Assembly: GCA_017654855.1 (NCBI GenBank)
Contig: CM030337.1
Location: forward strand, 2,666,001-2,730,000
Direction of reading: 5' to 3'
Source of the DNA: Podospora anserina
Taxonomy: Eukaryota
DNA length: 64,000 nucleotides
The position numbers were made by a program, and so were the translations under genes. Under the pieces are notes generated by a model that searched no databases, had not been told where the DNA came from, and was given only the letters and a program-made list of their open reading frames with translations. Position 1 is the first letter of the stretch. The number at the start of each line of letters is the position of its first letter. Shown here piece after piece: positions 1 through 13,767 of the stretch.

Positions 1-1
1 G

Positions 2-88
2 GCTTTCATTTTGCCCATCCAAGAAGATTTCTACAAGGACGTTGATGAGTATGAGTGGTCTGGGTACCACCTTGACGAGAGATATTAG
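2..88 (+). CDS. Possible 3' end of an upstream gene (partial)
   Basis: Frame 2 reads AFILPIQEDFYKDVDEYEWSGYHLDERY then TAG; too short to identify. Confidence 0.25.
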   Translation, partial: AFILPIQEDFYKDVDEYEWSGYHLDERY

Positions 89-682
89 TAGGGATCAATC
101 ACATCATGCTAGGTATCAAGGGCTCTAGAATTAGGACTTTTATGGCTACATCCCTAGTATGGAAGGGAATTAATCATCTTGCCATACATCTTTTTGCATT
201 TGATCTCGACTTCAACCCGATTGGATCGCAACTTACGCCCAACTCGATTTGAGCTCCCTCTCGCGCCCATCTCAACTCGCAGCCAACTTACCTTCGGTCT
301 CAGCTTACTGTCGGCTTTACCCAGCTTAAAGCCGGTCATTTCTAGTGGTTCATGTACCTACATTTGGGTTATATCACTGCTGAGAAACCACAAACGTCCG
401 CACACCCGAGCTGCTGTCAGCCGCGTCAATAGGAAACGTCCCTCCTAGCCGCCCAACTTTCCAGAGGCATTGGCATCAGAAAAACAAATATCGGGGCGCC
501 AGCAGATCACCATAGCTCGCGGGTACACGTCTTTACAATAAACATACTGCGGCTTTAGCCGCGAGGATAAAATCCCCGACGTGGTATACCCGGACTTGCA
601 TCATCTAAATCTCCATGTCGGGTGACCGGGAGGTATGTTATTGCAAGACCAAATGCCGAAAGCCTCAACTCTCCTTGCTTAG

Positions 683-1540
<858 letters not shown>

Positions 1541-2157
1541 GGTGGGAGATGATGTGAAGGTGGGAAAAGGGGGATCGTGGAAAAAGGGGTGGGTTTTATG
1601 TAGCTAGTTCTGAGATGTACATATTTTGCGAGAAAAATGTCACAAGCATGCTTTCTGTGATGCATATTGTTGGCGGTTCGGCGATGAGGTAATGTGCAAG
1701 TTCACTGTCTAGAGTAAGGTACCTTACCTCGAGTCGCCTGCATCACACAAAAGAGAGGTGGGAAGGTGTCCCAGTTGGCGGATGGTAAAATTAAGACTTC
1801 CATTGAAGACACAATCGTATGGTGCAGGAGATTCATGCAATCTCTATACACGGCGGTCTATTCTAATCTTCAAAGACCGTCAATTCTGTATCTCTAGCTC
1901 TTTTCACACCTTTTAGATCTCACCTCTCTGTATTCTTAGACCGAGCAGCTCTCCGGTTTAACAGGCCCCCTACACGGACACGCATCACCCCGACTACTTC
2001 CACCCCCAAATATGCTCTGATACCCGTCCCGTGAGCCTGCTTGCCCTCCTCCACCGCCTCATACCGCGCCTTGGTTAGCCATACTCGTGGTCCATCCTTC
2101 TCTTTCACCTCCTCCTCCACCTTCGATCCATCACCTAAACCACCCGCAAAAAATCTC

Positions 2158-3475
2158 CTAGCCACCTCCACCTTTCCACTCCCACCCCCTCCTCCCCCAC
2201 ACCTCCGGCCTCTCCTCCAACCTCTCCTCCAACCCTCTAGACCTCCAACACCTCCTCGTTTTCTCATCAAACAGCCTCTCCGTCCCAAAACACCCCTGAC
2301 AATGAACCCCACACAAAAACCTATCACACCCCTCCTTCCGACAAGTCGGATTCCACCCATGATCCTGCCCCAAATGCGCCCCTCCCCACCTACACCGTTT
2401 CAACCTACAATCCTTCCCCGCATGCGAGTTCCTAATCCCGCACATACAACACCGATAAGTACACATCATCGCATTCCCCTTATGTCTCCCCGGGTCGGGA
2501 TGTCCACACCCCGGACGACATTTCACCGTACACCTCTTGGCCGTGTGATAAACCGGAAAAGGCATACACTTACACCTGTTATTCTTAGCCTTAGGACAGT
2601 CAGGCGCAGAGTGGCTCTCCCCCGGCTCGTGAATGGAATCCCTGTCGGGAAGCTCGCCTCTTGCAACCATGTGCCAGTATACATCATACTCACCTGGTGA
2701 CCACCCCCCGCGGTGACCACACGGCATGTTGCAAACCGACATGACATGATCCTCGCCGTAATTGTCGCACTCCCGGTTAGGCTCCATGCATGCTTTCCCA
2801 CAGTCTGAGCACCCTCCTCCACCCCTCCACCTGGACGTGTTGATGCGAGTTGACATCCCTTAAAGGTTTGATATCCCATCTTGTCATCGCAGGGCTCTCT
2901 AGGAACCTCTCCCTCGCCCACTTCGTATCCTTAACCGGCCTCGGCCTGACGTCATGAACCATCCTGCCAAAATAAGGCGAGCGGCAAAACGTGCTGAACG
3001 AGTTGAGGTCGTGCTCGATGTAGTACCTCTCGAAAGCGAAGAGCAGAATATCGCCAAGGGATGGTGGCCGTCCGGAGCGGGGGTTTTGGTGCGATCATTT
3101 CTTCTTGTAGGTGCCAAAATACCACATGGATTCATCTTCGGGTGGAGGGCGGAAATTGGCCGTAGTCCTATGCTGAAGGGGTGATCGGCTGAGCAAAGAT
3201 TCGTGCAGAGAAGCAATAGCGTGGAGGCGTTTCGGGTCGACTTGGTGGAGGGCCCGCAAGGTGACACGCCAAGGGATGCTTGTCGATGGGGTGAGGGGCC
3301 TGCCATAAAGGGAGGCAGTTGCTGGGGAGGGGTTCATAAAGTCTTGGAGCAGGTCGGCGATGAGGAGGTCAAAGTCTGTGAGTTCAATGTGGTGGTAGCG
3401 GTTGAAGGGGGTGGCGTGTGGGATGTCGACGGGGTAGTGGCGGACATGTTTGCTGTGTCCATTTGGTTCTTCCAT
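2158..3475 (-). pseudogene. Disrupted gene with a Cys/His-rich (zinc-binding-like) C-terminal region
   Basis: ORF 3095-3475 and ORF 2777-2962 share a frame but are separated by an in-frame TGA at 3095-3097. The Cys-rich ORF 2158-2856 is in another frame and begins just after a TAA. No convincing intron removes these lesions. Confidence 0.4.
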
Positions 3476-4027
3476 CTTGAACTGTGAGATGTCAGGGTGA
3501 GAAAAGGTTGAAAGTGAGTGAGAGAAAGATGTGAGGTATAAGAGAAGGGGTCTTTAAGCTGCCTGGCTTGGCAGGTGATTGGGGCCCCACCACCTGGCGG
3601 GCCTTGGTGCGGGCCGCGGGGATAAGGATGAGCTCGGCCCAAAGCTAACAACCATAAGGATGCGACTACAAGATATTTGTGTGTTTTGGAGACTAAGTAT
3701 TCTTGTAGTAAACTGCCTTAAACAATCGGAAATGTCATCCACATCATGCATTGTCTCGTCATGGTCATATATGCCTATCAGCCCAAACACAACAGAACCA
3801 TATCCAACCCCATTCCTATTCCAACACCAAAGGTATACTCAAAACAATCCCTCAAACTCCGCGCCCATCATGCCGGCTACAAACCAAGATTATGGACAGA
3901 TGTAGAATAGGTAAGCCGCGCACTGCATGCTAGGAATGCGAATCGAGGTCTGGAGACAAAAAGCACAAGGGGGTATAAAAACAAACAAACCAGCAAGTCA
4001 CCGAAGATCCAACCCATGGCTTCCTCT

Positions 4028-5701
4028 TCAAAAGACGTCCTCGTCCTCCCATCCCCCACCACCTAAATCATCTTCATCCGTCATTTCTACCTCCACCTTC
4101 GTCCCTAACGCCTCTTTCCCTTGTCTGATCATCGCCATTAACCTTGCGTTGAAAGCATCCACTTTCATGTCAGCGTCCCTCTCCGCGGCCAGCTTCCTCG
4201 CTGCAAGCGCCTTGGCCTCGGCATCTAACCTTTGGCTGGCCTTGATCTCCTCCGGGTCAACGCTCGCAGCTAATAGTGAGTGCCTTCGAGCCGTGGCAGA
4301 CGCGCCACTCTGATTGCGCCGGTGAATGGTGCTGGCTGTGGTTTTTGTCGGCGATATGGGTCGCGAGGAGACCCCACTTCCAACACTCAGCCGTGGACTT
4401 TGTCGACTGGACGGGCGTGAGGCAGAGGTAGGTATTGGTAATTGGCTTGGAGAGGCGAGGGCGGCGAATGGGTTCTTCGTTGCAGGCTGTACCGGCATCG
4501 GAATGCGGCTAGGGGTAGAGGGGGCAACGGGAGCCTGGCGGGGAGAGGCAAAGCTTGCTGGTTCGCGGGGTGGGACGAGAGGGGAACCTGCGTGGGAGGT
4601 CCGCAGGGAAGGCCGAACTGCGGCAGCCCGGGTCGGTGTTCCTGTGAACCTGGAGGATGGGACGCTGATACGTCGGCCGGAGCTCACGGCTGTGGAGGAG
4701 TAGTATCCAGGCCGAGGGGAATGTCGCACTATAGAGGCCGGTGTTCTCACTGGGACCGCCCTGGCATCGGAGCCAAATCGCCTTTGGTTTGTGTTAGCCG
4801 GACCGTCCACCATTACCCAATTCTTGAGTTCGTCGTTGTTGTAGCTAACTTGCCTCCGTTTGGCGGCTGGTGGTTGTGGAGTAGAATCCGGTGATTCGAT
4901 GTAGGAAACTGCATCCTGGTATGGGGAAAACGGCTCGTGGGAACCGGCTTTCTCCTGGTCGTTTTCTGGCCGGGGGTATCCATCCTGTATCATTTGGTCG
5001 GTCATGTTCTCTTCGCTCGCAGGAGTAGGTTCGTCGTGCTGGTTAACCCACGGCTTTCCTGTAGTCTCGGGGATCGTCGTTCCATTCGCCGTGTACGCTG
5101 TCCCTCCGCCCGCCTGGAAGCCCCTGAATGCGCCCTTTGTGCAGAACTCCCATACCTTCCCTACCACCTCACCCAACGTGCCCAGCGTGAATATCCTCCA
5201 TGCCGCCGAAGTCGACGGTTGTGCGTTGGGGGTTTCGTCGTGGTGCGCTGATGGCACCTCGAAGTCTGGGGCAACCTTGGTGGGACCTAAAGCTCTCCTG
5301 TAGTCAACATCAGAGTAGACACTGTCCTCCAACAGGCCATTCTCAACCCCGATGGGAGCCCCCATCGGCGTTGCATTGATTTGCCCTGCCAGAGTATATC
5401 TAAACTGACGACCCTTCTCCTCTTCTCTGATGTCGTGCGCACCGTCCATGTCCATGTTCCATCCCATCGGTGTTGAGGACCTTGTGCTGGCACGTTTTCG
5501 CTTGGCAGTGCCTGTGCCGAGGGCACCGTTGCCGTGTGTGTTCGTCATTGAGACATCAGAATACAGGCTCCCGTAGGTCGAGGCGGTCGGTGATGTGGCC
5601 GGAGGTCGAAACATGCCTGCGCTAAGTGTCTGGCCAGATTTCGGCGACGTATCGAAGTGAAATGTGCCAGGCACATGGAACTGTGGTGAGTACGACGCCA
5701 T
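4028..5701 (-). CDS. Fungal hypothetical protein, Ser/Pro/Arg-rich with a coiled-coil C-terminus
   Basis: Long ORF with ATG at 5701 (MASYSPQFHVPGTF). Ordered blocks VVGKVWEFCTKGAFRGFQAGGG and FNARLMAMIRQGKEALGTKVEVE lie in a disordered background. Confidence 0.75.
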   Translation of the reverse strand: MASYSPQFHVPGTFHFDTSPKSGQTLSAGMFRPPATSPTASTYGSLYSDVSMTNTHGNGALGTGTAKRKRASTRSSTPMGWNMDMDGAHDIREEEKGRQFRYTLAGQINATPMGAPIGVENGLLEDSVYSDVDYRRALGPTKVAPDFEVPSAHHDETPNAQPSTSAAWRIFTLGTLGEVVGKVWEFCTKGAFRGFQAGGGTAYTANGTTIPETTGKPWVNQHDEPTPASEENMTDQMIQDGYPRPENDQEKAGSHEPFSPYQDAVSYIESPDSTPQPPAAKRRQVSYNNDELKNWVMVDGPANTNQRRFGSDARAVPVRTPASIVRHSPRPGYYSSTAVSSGRRISVPSSRFTGTPTRAAAVRPSLRTSHAGSPLVPPREPASFASPRQAPVAPSTPSRIPMPVQPATKNPFAALASPSQLPIPTSASRPSSRQSPRLSVGSGVSSRPISPTKTTASTIHRRNQSGASATARRHSLLAASVDPEEIKASQRLDAEAKALAARKLAAERDADMKVDAFNARLMAMIRQGKEALGTKVEVEMTDEDDLGGGGWEDEDVF

Positions 5702-6895
5702 GGGGAACGGCTGGGCGGTGCCGAAGTGTGTCTCGATCGCGATGTCGACGCCCGACTGTTCCAGCGCAGGGCTTGATGGTTCAATGATCCGACAAGCTGA
5801 TGGGGTGGAATGGTCGCAGACTGTTGATACGCAGGCTCTCAGTCGCAGTGGATGGCGTGCATTCAGCAGACGCACATGGTCCGCCTGTAATCACTACTCG
5901 TTCTTCGGTCTGAACTGCTGTCTTTTCCGCGCGGTGTTCAAGGTTGTACAATCTCTTTCCTCACAGTCTCGTGGTCCCGTGGTTGAGTTGTCAGCGAGTG
6001 GGGTTGTTGAGCTGGCGGAGCTTGACGAACAGCCAACCAGATGTAAGGGCTGGCGAACTGGTGAGCGCCCGGTGCAAGTGGCAGCTTCACCGCCAACCTC
6101 AAGCCTGGATCCCTATCTTGCGATTGTTGTCGCACTGGAGCCTCTGTGTTCAAATGGCCACGCCGGGGCTTTTGTCAACTGTCGGGGCATATAAACATTG
6201 GCCGTCTCAAGAGTTGGAAAACGAATGGATGGATCTTTGCTCCTTCAATTGTGGGAAAGCACCGTCGCCGAATGTTTTTTGTTGAAGTGGAATGCGCCTG
6301 CGCCAAATATTCACCGCCTAGCTGGTGTATCCCGGCACCAAAAGGGGGTGACGTAGCGCCGGGTATGTGTTAAAGCCGTTCTGACAGTTCTTGGTCAGGG
6401 ACCAAGCGCAATGCTGAAGATCCGAGGGACTGAGGCAAAGGGAGGTTACAACGTCACGGTTGTCACCACTCTTCGAAGAATAATAGTTTGGGATAAGTAT
6501 CAGGTTGTCAGCGGTCATTGGCATGTTCTGGTCAACAGCGCGACCACGACGGTTGCTGTGGCAAACAAGGACCATTGAAAATAGTAATGGTGGGGTTTGG
6601 AACAACACACCAATGCAGAGAAGGCGGTTGAAATTTGGGGAATCTGTACGTACAGTGCATTATTGGAACCCGCCCCCACCTTTAAATCCAGGGTCTTCTC
6701 CATATCGCCGACTCTTAACATCATATGCTGCCTATTGTAATGGTGCAACTAATAGTTGTAGTTATTGCTTCTAAACCTTGCGGTAGGAATAGCCTCGTCA
6801 TGCCATGCAAGTCCCACACAAAACCCAAATGCTCCGCGCAGAAAGCCCGTTCATAAAAAGCAAAAATCATGCCATCATAACCCTGACCTCGCCGT

Positions 6896-7842
6896 CTACT
6901 CCTTGTTGTAGTAGTTGTCCTGCATAGCCTTCTTCTGAGCAGAGACGCCGGAAGATTCGACGGCTTTGTCGCCCCTAACGTGCTCATGTCCAACCCAGTA
7001 CGCATTCCACTCCTTCAAGAGATCGTCCGCCCAGGCCTGAATCTCGGGCAGTACGATCCTAGTCTTAACATAGGCAAATTCACCCAGGTCTAGCTTGTGG
7101 TCACCGCGCTTCTCGTACTCTACCATCTGCAAAAGAAGCTCCATCTTGTCGATGTCGTGCACATAGTGGCTCTCCAGTGTCTTGGAGTCTTCGTATTCTT
7201 GCCAGATGGCGCGAATCTCCTCGCCCACCTTCCCGCCGTCCACGTTGCCCAGCAAGCCCTTGGTGATGTAGTCCATAGTTGTGGCCTCCCGGCGGCTCTT
7301 CTCCTGTTTTGGAACTCCGTCCACGGGTGTGATGTCGCCAACAATCGACTCGGCCATGTCGTGAATCAGGCACATCTTCATGCACTTCGCCATGTCGAGT
7401 TTGCTAGCCAGCGCTGGGGGGGCAAGCATGCTGATCAGGGACATGCGGTACATGTGGTCGGAGATGGATTCGCCCCTGGAACAAAATGTGTCAGTCTGGT
7501 CTCACAGAGTCAACACTGCTTGGAGCAACCCACCTGTTGATTCCAAATCGCCGCCACCCCTCGCGCTTGTTCGTCTTCAGCTTCTCGAGAATGTGGAAGA
7601 AGGCTAGCGGTGAGGTTGTACCCTCGGTAGGCTTGTCGCCTGGAAGCGCATCGAGAACTTTGTCTACGGTCCACTCGCCCTCGACTTGGGGAAGTTGTAC
7701 TTCGGCCACGTCTGTCCAGTCCAAAGATAAGCATCGGAGTGGCATGCGCAAGGAATTCTGGGTGTCGAAACCTACCTGGAACAGCATCATGGCCGTTTGC
7801 GGACACTCCATTCGAGCCGTTCTCTTTGGCGCTTGGAGACAT
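6896..7842 (-). CDS. HD-domain 5'-deoxynucleotidase (HDDC2/YGK1-like); introns 7712-7775 and 7476-7533
   Basis: Spliced product MSPSAKENG...LKTNKREGWRRFGINRGESISDHMYRM...CLIHDMAESIVGDITP...DIDKMELLLQMVEYE; both introns are GT-AG and restore the frame. Confidence 0.93.
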
Positions 7843-8732
7843 ATCTTGGCCCTGGTGTGTGTACTCGAAAAGGCAGAATGACGGAAGTGGCAGAATCGCC
7901 CCAGCTAAGTTGGGTGGGCGTTGACACAGTAAACCGTGAGGGCGTCGGCGTGGAAAGAACGAGACAAACGTCAGAAGAAGTAGGGTATTTGATGCAAAAT
8001 CTCTTCTGTCACAGAACAGCAGGCAGTGGGCTTGTTTATACCTTTTCGCAAGAGAGGAAAACAAAGAGAAGCTGGCAGCAACCAAGAGTCAGATGAAACC
8101 CCAGATCTGGGTGCAGCTGTGGAGCCCTACACCGCTGGCGGCCGGCATCTCAACAACCCCACGTCAGCGGCACTGGGCGATGACTTCCAGGCCCTGAAAA
8201 GACAGGGGGGTTTTGCTACCAACAGCGGCCCAGCGCGGGCTGCTGGCATTTCCAATTCGGTGCCTGAGAGAGGCACGGCCGGATCGGCTCGGGCCCCGGA
8301 AGATGGACGGGATGGAGATCGCTGAACCCTTTCAGTGGATGCAGATTTGTGTGATGTCACCGGCCCTGCAAGTTAGGCTGCAACTGGCCATATTCTCCGC
8401 ACCTTCATGCGACTTTGATCTTGACCTTCTACTTTTGATTCAAATTGCTCTCATACACCACATCACCCCATCACTCCATACACCATTGCGAAAATGGGTC
8501 AACTTTCGATCTTGAGTCACATTCGGTGTGGGCAGCAGCATTTGCAAGTGATGTTCAAGTCATCTTCGACCTCCAGTCGGCCCGGAACCCAGTTGGCAGC
8601 CGAGACCTGCCTTTAGGAAGGTTATCAAGTTGTCTCGTTTTTGACTCCATCTCGTGGCTATTTGCAGAATCTCACTCAACACTCACTCTACCGGCCGAGA
8701 GATTTGTTTGAAACTCCGCAGGCTAATGACCA

Positions 8733-10672
8733 CTAACTTCGAAGTCCAGCATCTTCCAAAATCATGTCGGCTCCCTTCTCACCAATAGCATAAACGGTAG
8801 CCTGCAAATGCGCGCTGATATGCAGCGGCATCACGCTTGCATCGATCACTCTCAACTCCTTCACGCCGTGCACCCTGAGCCGTTCATCAACCACACCGCC
8901 TGCCTGCCCAGCACGACCGCCCATCGCACAGGTCCCTATCGGATGCCAGTCTGTGATGGTATTCTCAACGATCCATCCTCTCAGGTCTTCATTAGAGACC
9001 ACTGCCGACGAAGGAGAAGCAGGACCGGGGATGACATTCTTCAATGGCTTAGTCGAGCAAATCTTCTGCGCAAACTTGGCACCATGCAGCATAATCTCAA
9101 GGTCGAGCTCCCCATGAGGACCAACATAATACTGCGGATCTATCACCGGCTGTTGGTGCGCGGTGGCCGGTACCCCATCAGCGGTTGGTCCATCTTTAGG
9201 ATCGATATGGATGGACCCTCTCGAGTAGGGATACTGCAGCACCAACAGCATGGAGCAGTATCTCTTGCCCTCTTCCTTAGGCGCAAACGACGGGTTCCAG
9301 TTGCCGAGATCAAAGACGAATTCGACTTGGCCGAGCTGTTTGTCGGTGTCGAACCTGCTAGAGAGGATGGACGTTTGCTCGGCGCCAAAACGTTCCAGCT
9401 GTTGGGACCTGGACGAGAGCGAAGCCACATCTTCTTCGGGTGCCAGCTTGGAAACGGGAAGATATGCCATCGAGCAGGGGAGGACGGTCAAACGACCGGA
9501 CTTTTCTCTTTGGTATTGCTCGTAGGCGGTGGCGGCGACTTCTTCGATGAACAGGTCGTCTGGGTGGGGGAGCTTGGGGTCTACTTCGAAGACCATTGGG
9601 AGCACTGGTGGTGATCAGCGACAGACATACTCAATGTTACAGTAGGACTTACTGATATGCTCCTGCAGGTTTTCACCCACGTTTGGACTCTCAACTTTTA
9701 ACGGAATTCCCGCAGCACCCAGAACATCAGCCCGGCCAACACCGGACAACTCCAAAAGCTGTGGTGACTGGACGCTGCCTGCTGACAGGATGACCTCTCG
9801 AGCAGCTGAGGCGACATATTGCTTTCCGTATTGACTGAACCGCACGCCAGTAGCAGCCCATTCCCCGTCCTTCTTATCCAGAACGACTTGCTCAACGAGA
9901 GCCTCAGTAAGGATATGCAGATTCGCAGGCGGCGTCAAGCAGTAATGAGTCGCATATGATCTTGTGGCAGTCTCTGGGTTGACGGCCACAATGGTAGTCC
10001 ACACACCCACATTTGATCCGTCCAGGTGAGATGGATTTGACTCGACCCCCACCTCGTTGAAGGTTGCATGCCACAGAGCATGTGAAGGCGAGAAGTCTCG
10101 AGTGTATGAGACATTGATGGGCCCATCTTCCCCCAGGAAGCTGTTTGGCTCGTTGTACGATGCCTGGTGGTTGTCCTTAAAGCTCGGCGGAGGCGGATGG
10201 AATCGTTCTGACCTTTTGAAGTAAGGGCTGTCCACCCGTCAGTTCTCAACTCACGTCTGTCGTAGCCGAAAGATGCTTACAGGAGAGAATCCCACCCCCA
10301 ACCATCATTCCCCAGCTCCTCCCAGGCATTATAATCCTCCTTGCTTCCACGATTCCAAGTCATATAATTCAGCGCACTTGATCCGCCTAGGACCTTCCCC
10401 CGGTTCCATGGGAGAGTTCGTCCGCCGAGACCGGGCTGGGGCGTGGTCTGGAAGTGCCAGTCGTAGGGTCCTCCCAGTGCTCGGCCAGAGTAGGCTGGGA
10501 TGTCAATGTTGTCGTCGCCATAACCGCTTTTCCCTGCTTCGAGGACGCCGATGGTGAGGGAGGGGATTTCGGCTAGGCGGGAGGCGACGGCGAGACCAGC
10601 TGTGCCGCCGCCGATGATGAGGTAGTCGAACTTGATGGAGGAGAACTCCTGGGCGTCGGTTGAGGTAGCCAT
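8733..10672 (-). CDS. GMC oxidoreductase (AA3-type FAD enzyme); introns 10228-10280 and 9605-9652
   Basis: FDYLIIGGGTAG (FAD binding), RGKVLGGSSALN, VILSAGSVQSPQLLELSGVG, VGENLQEH, WHPIGTCAM and LRVIDASVMP. No signal peptide, so probably intracellular. Confidence 0.94.
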
Positions 10673-11413
10673 TTTCTCAAATTTCTCTTCTCACGGCTTA
10701 AAATTGAGTGCAAAAAGGTAGTGAGACGAACGTCGTCGGGGGGGCCAGGCTGTCAGGACTGTCGTTCCATTTTTCTCGCGTTGGAATTCTCCAACAAATG
10801 TCCACACTCAATCTAACGTCTCGGCAATGAGCCACTATTCCCATCTCTCCCCCTCTGTCGCACAAACCCCCAACCGCAGCATCATGTCACATCAGCTCTG
10901 CAGCACATGCGGGGTAACACTGTAACCCCCCTTCTCTATTCGACATAACCCATCAAATAGTCGACCTTTTGTGGCGTCTTTTGCGGCTGACAACCCCAAC
11001 AGTTGCCGTTCAGAGCAGGTTACCAAGACTTACTAGACCTGATATGCCGGGGTCTAACGCGGTGGGAGTGTAGTGGTGGTTACACAAGTGTGATACAGTG
11101 TTACACAGACGTTCAGGTGCAGGTTGCCATCGGTTCGGTTGGTCAATCACAAGGAGGGAGTAGAACCAACGACATGGAGCCGAGATGCAGGGAAGATACC
11201 CCGCTCGGTGGGTGATGGCGATGGCTTGCAATCTTTGGATGCTGGGGTTGGAGCGGTTGGTTGGTATCACCTACCTTTGACGTGGCGTATCTCACCGCTG
11301 GGATAAGGCTGGGGTAAGGGGTGATAAGGTCGCGTCTCCCAAGTCTCATCAGGCCAGCGCGTGGTGCCAGCATTTTTTTAACATCATCCAACTTAGATGA
11401 CATCCAAGCCAGA

Positions 11414-13044
11414 ATGACAACCCCCGATCTGGAGAAGCAGCAGGCTGCTGCCACCACCGCAACAACACCAGCAGATCCCACCACCAAATCAATCTCCTCC
11501 ACTGACACCCCCCAACAACAACAGCCCCAAAATGCTTCTCCTTTCAAGGTTCCCCATTTTTTGATCAAGATCAACAACACCCTCGAATCCCTCTCCGGCT
11601 TCGAAGCCCGCGGCATCACCCGCGTCCTCCCCTCCGAACGGCAACCTCCCTCCCACCTCGCAGACGCCCAGGTATTCCTCCTCTGGTTCGGGGCCAACAT
11701 CTCCGTCAACAACCTCGCAGTGGCCCTTCTCGGACCATTAGTCTTCCAGCTTGGTTTCACCGACTCGGCATGGTGCGCTATTGTTGGAGCCTTTCTGGGG
11801 AGTTGTTCCACCGCATACATGAGTATCTGGGGACCGGCAAGCGGGAACAGAACAATGGTTATCGCGAGGTATTTCATGGGTTACTGGCCTAGCAAGATAC
11901 CGACAACGTTGAACATTGTTTTAATGGTGGGGTATATCACCTTGAGTTACATCATTGCGGGACAGATGTTATCTGCGGTGAGCGGGGGGAGTTTGACGAT
12001 TGTGGTTGGGATTGTGGTTAGTGCTTTGGTGTGTTGGGTTGTGGCGGTTTTTGGGATGAGGGTTTTTCATTTTTATGAACGGTAAGTTCCTGTTTGGAGA
12101 TGGGAACGGGAGACAGCAGCTGATGGAAAAACAGGTTCGCGTTGATACCCCAGATATTGGTCCTCTTCGCACTTATCGGGTGTGCGGGACCGTATTTTGA
12201 CACCACGATTGAGTCCCAGGGAGATGGGACGGCCATTGCGGCGAACAGGCTTAGCTTTTTGAGCCTGTGTCTTTATGTGCCCAACTCGTGGGCGGCGGCG
12301 GCGAGTGATTATTATGTTTACTACCCTGAGAGCACGCGCAAGAGGAAGATCTTCTGTTTGACACTGTTTGGGCTTTGGACGTCGTTTAGTCTGGTTTATA
12401 TGATTGGGATTGGGCTTGCGACTGGTGTGACGCATCATACTGCTTGGGCGGAGGCGAATGCTATTTCTGCTGGGGCATTGATTGTGGCTGGGTTTGAACC
12501 ATTGAAGGGGTTCGGATTGTTCTGCTCTGTTATTGTGGCGTTGGGAATCATCGCGAATAGTATCCCCGGGTGTTATTCAGCGGCGTTGGGCTTTCAGGTT
12601 CTGGGGAGGCACTTCAAGGTTGTGCCGAGGTGGGTGTGGACTTGTACGGTGGTCGTCCTGCAGACTGTGCTGGCTTTGGCAGGGAGGGAGCATTTGTTTG
12701 TGCTGTTCCAGAACTTCCTCGCGCTGATGGGGTACTGGGTAGAGTTTATGATTTTGATCTTTGTGTTAGAGCATGTACTGTTTAGGAGGACTAGAGGGTT
12801 TGACTGGGCGAGGTGGGAGGATAAGAGTTATTTGCCGGTTGGGTGGGCTGCGCTGGTTGCTTTCTTGTTGGGCTGGGTCGGGGCCGTGTTGGGGATGTAT
12901 CAGATTTGGTATACCGGGCCATTGGCGGTGCTGGCAGGAGCGAGCGCGGGGGGTTGTGATGTTGGTGTTTGGGTTGGGTGTGGGTTTGCTTTGGTGAGCT
13001 TTCCTCCGTTGAGGTGGTTGGAGTTGAGGATTATTGGGAGGTAA
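11414..13044 (+). CDS. Purine-cytosine/pyridoxine permease (NCS1, Fcy2/Tpn1-like); intron 12082-12134
   Basis: FEARGITRV, LWFGANISVN, WGPASGNRTMVIARYFMGYW, SWAAAASDYYVYYP, NFLALMGYW and PPLRWLELRIIGR; many hydrophobic segments. Confidence 0.93.
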
Positions 13045-13147
13045 AGGACAGGGGGGATATGGTGTTCCGTGTGGTTGATGGAGGCTGATCATAGTGGCTC
13101 AATCCACATCAAGCTTGCATCAAATCGGAGACCACACACGATTTCAA

Positions 13148-13239
13148 TCGGGTATGGTGTAGCGGTAACATCGTTGACTCTCACTTCTCAGAAGTGTCTG
13201 TTCTCTCAACAGCCCCGGGTTCGACTCCCGGTATCCGAG
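13148..13239 (+). tRNA. tRNA-Glu(CTC) with a 21-nt intron (13184-13204)
   Basis: Acceptor stem TCGGGTA/TATCCGA plus discriminator G; A-box TGGTGTAGCGG; anticodon stem GTTGA/TCAAC with CTC at 13180-13182; T-arm CCGGG-TTCGACT-CCCGG; T-runs downstream. Confidence 0.92.
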
Positions 13240-13767
13240 TCTCAATTATCTTTTGCGTTTTTGACCATTTTTTGAGGTGTGCCCTTCAGTTTTCTGAAGT
13301 CCTTCATTTTCTTTTTGTCAGCTCAGATGAAGTTGCTGCGGCTCAGATGAACCAGCCAACTTCCTGCAGGTGCGGTGACAGTGTTCTTGACCGCCAAAGT
13401 GGGTCCTGACCCTGGCGCAATCGCAACATCAAGTCGCGTGCGGGGCGCTGGACCGTCCACCGCCGTCTCACTTCCCTCCTTCAATCTTCTGTTAACATTG
13501 AGAATTCGCAAAGCCAGCGGCGCAATGTCTTCTGCTCTTAAGAGCGGGCAGAATTCTGCCAGATCAGATACCATCATATACAGTCGTTGTCATCGACCGA
13601 GGTGAAGACGCGGTCTTCTGTCGGGCGGTTCGGGGATCAGTCAGCGACAAGGTCTCCTGCGACTGCTCGCGCTTTGATCACTCCGCATCATCAGGCAGGG
13701 CCTCAATCTCAGTCTCCAGCCATCTCAGCAAAAGATCCATCTTCAACACGGCGAACCACTGGCCAAC

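Noticed and set aside
8808-9614. Long antisense ORFs (here, and at 42242-43231, 50846-51457 and 55957-56967)
   Set aside because: They are shadows of GC-rich real genes on the opposite strand.
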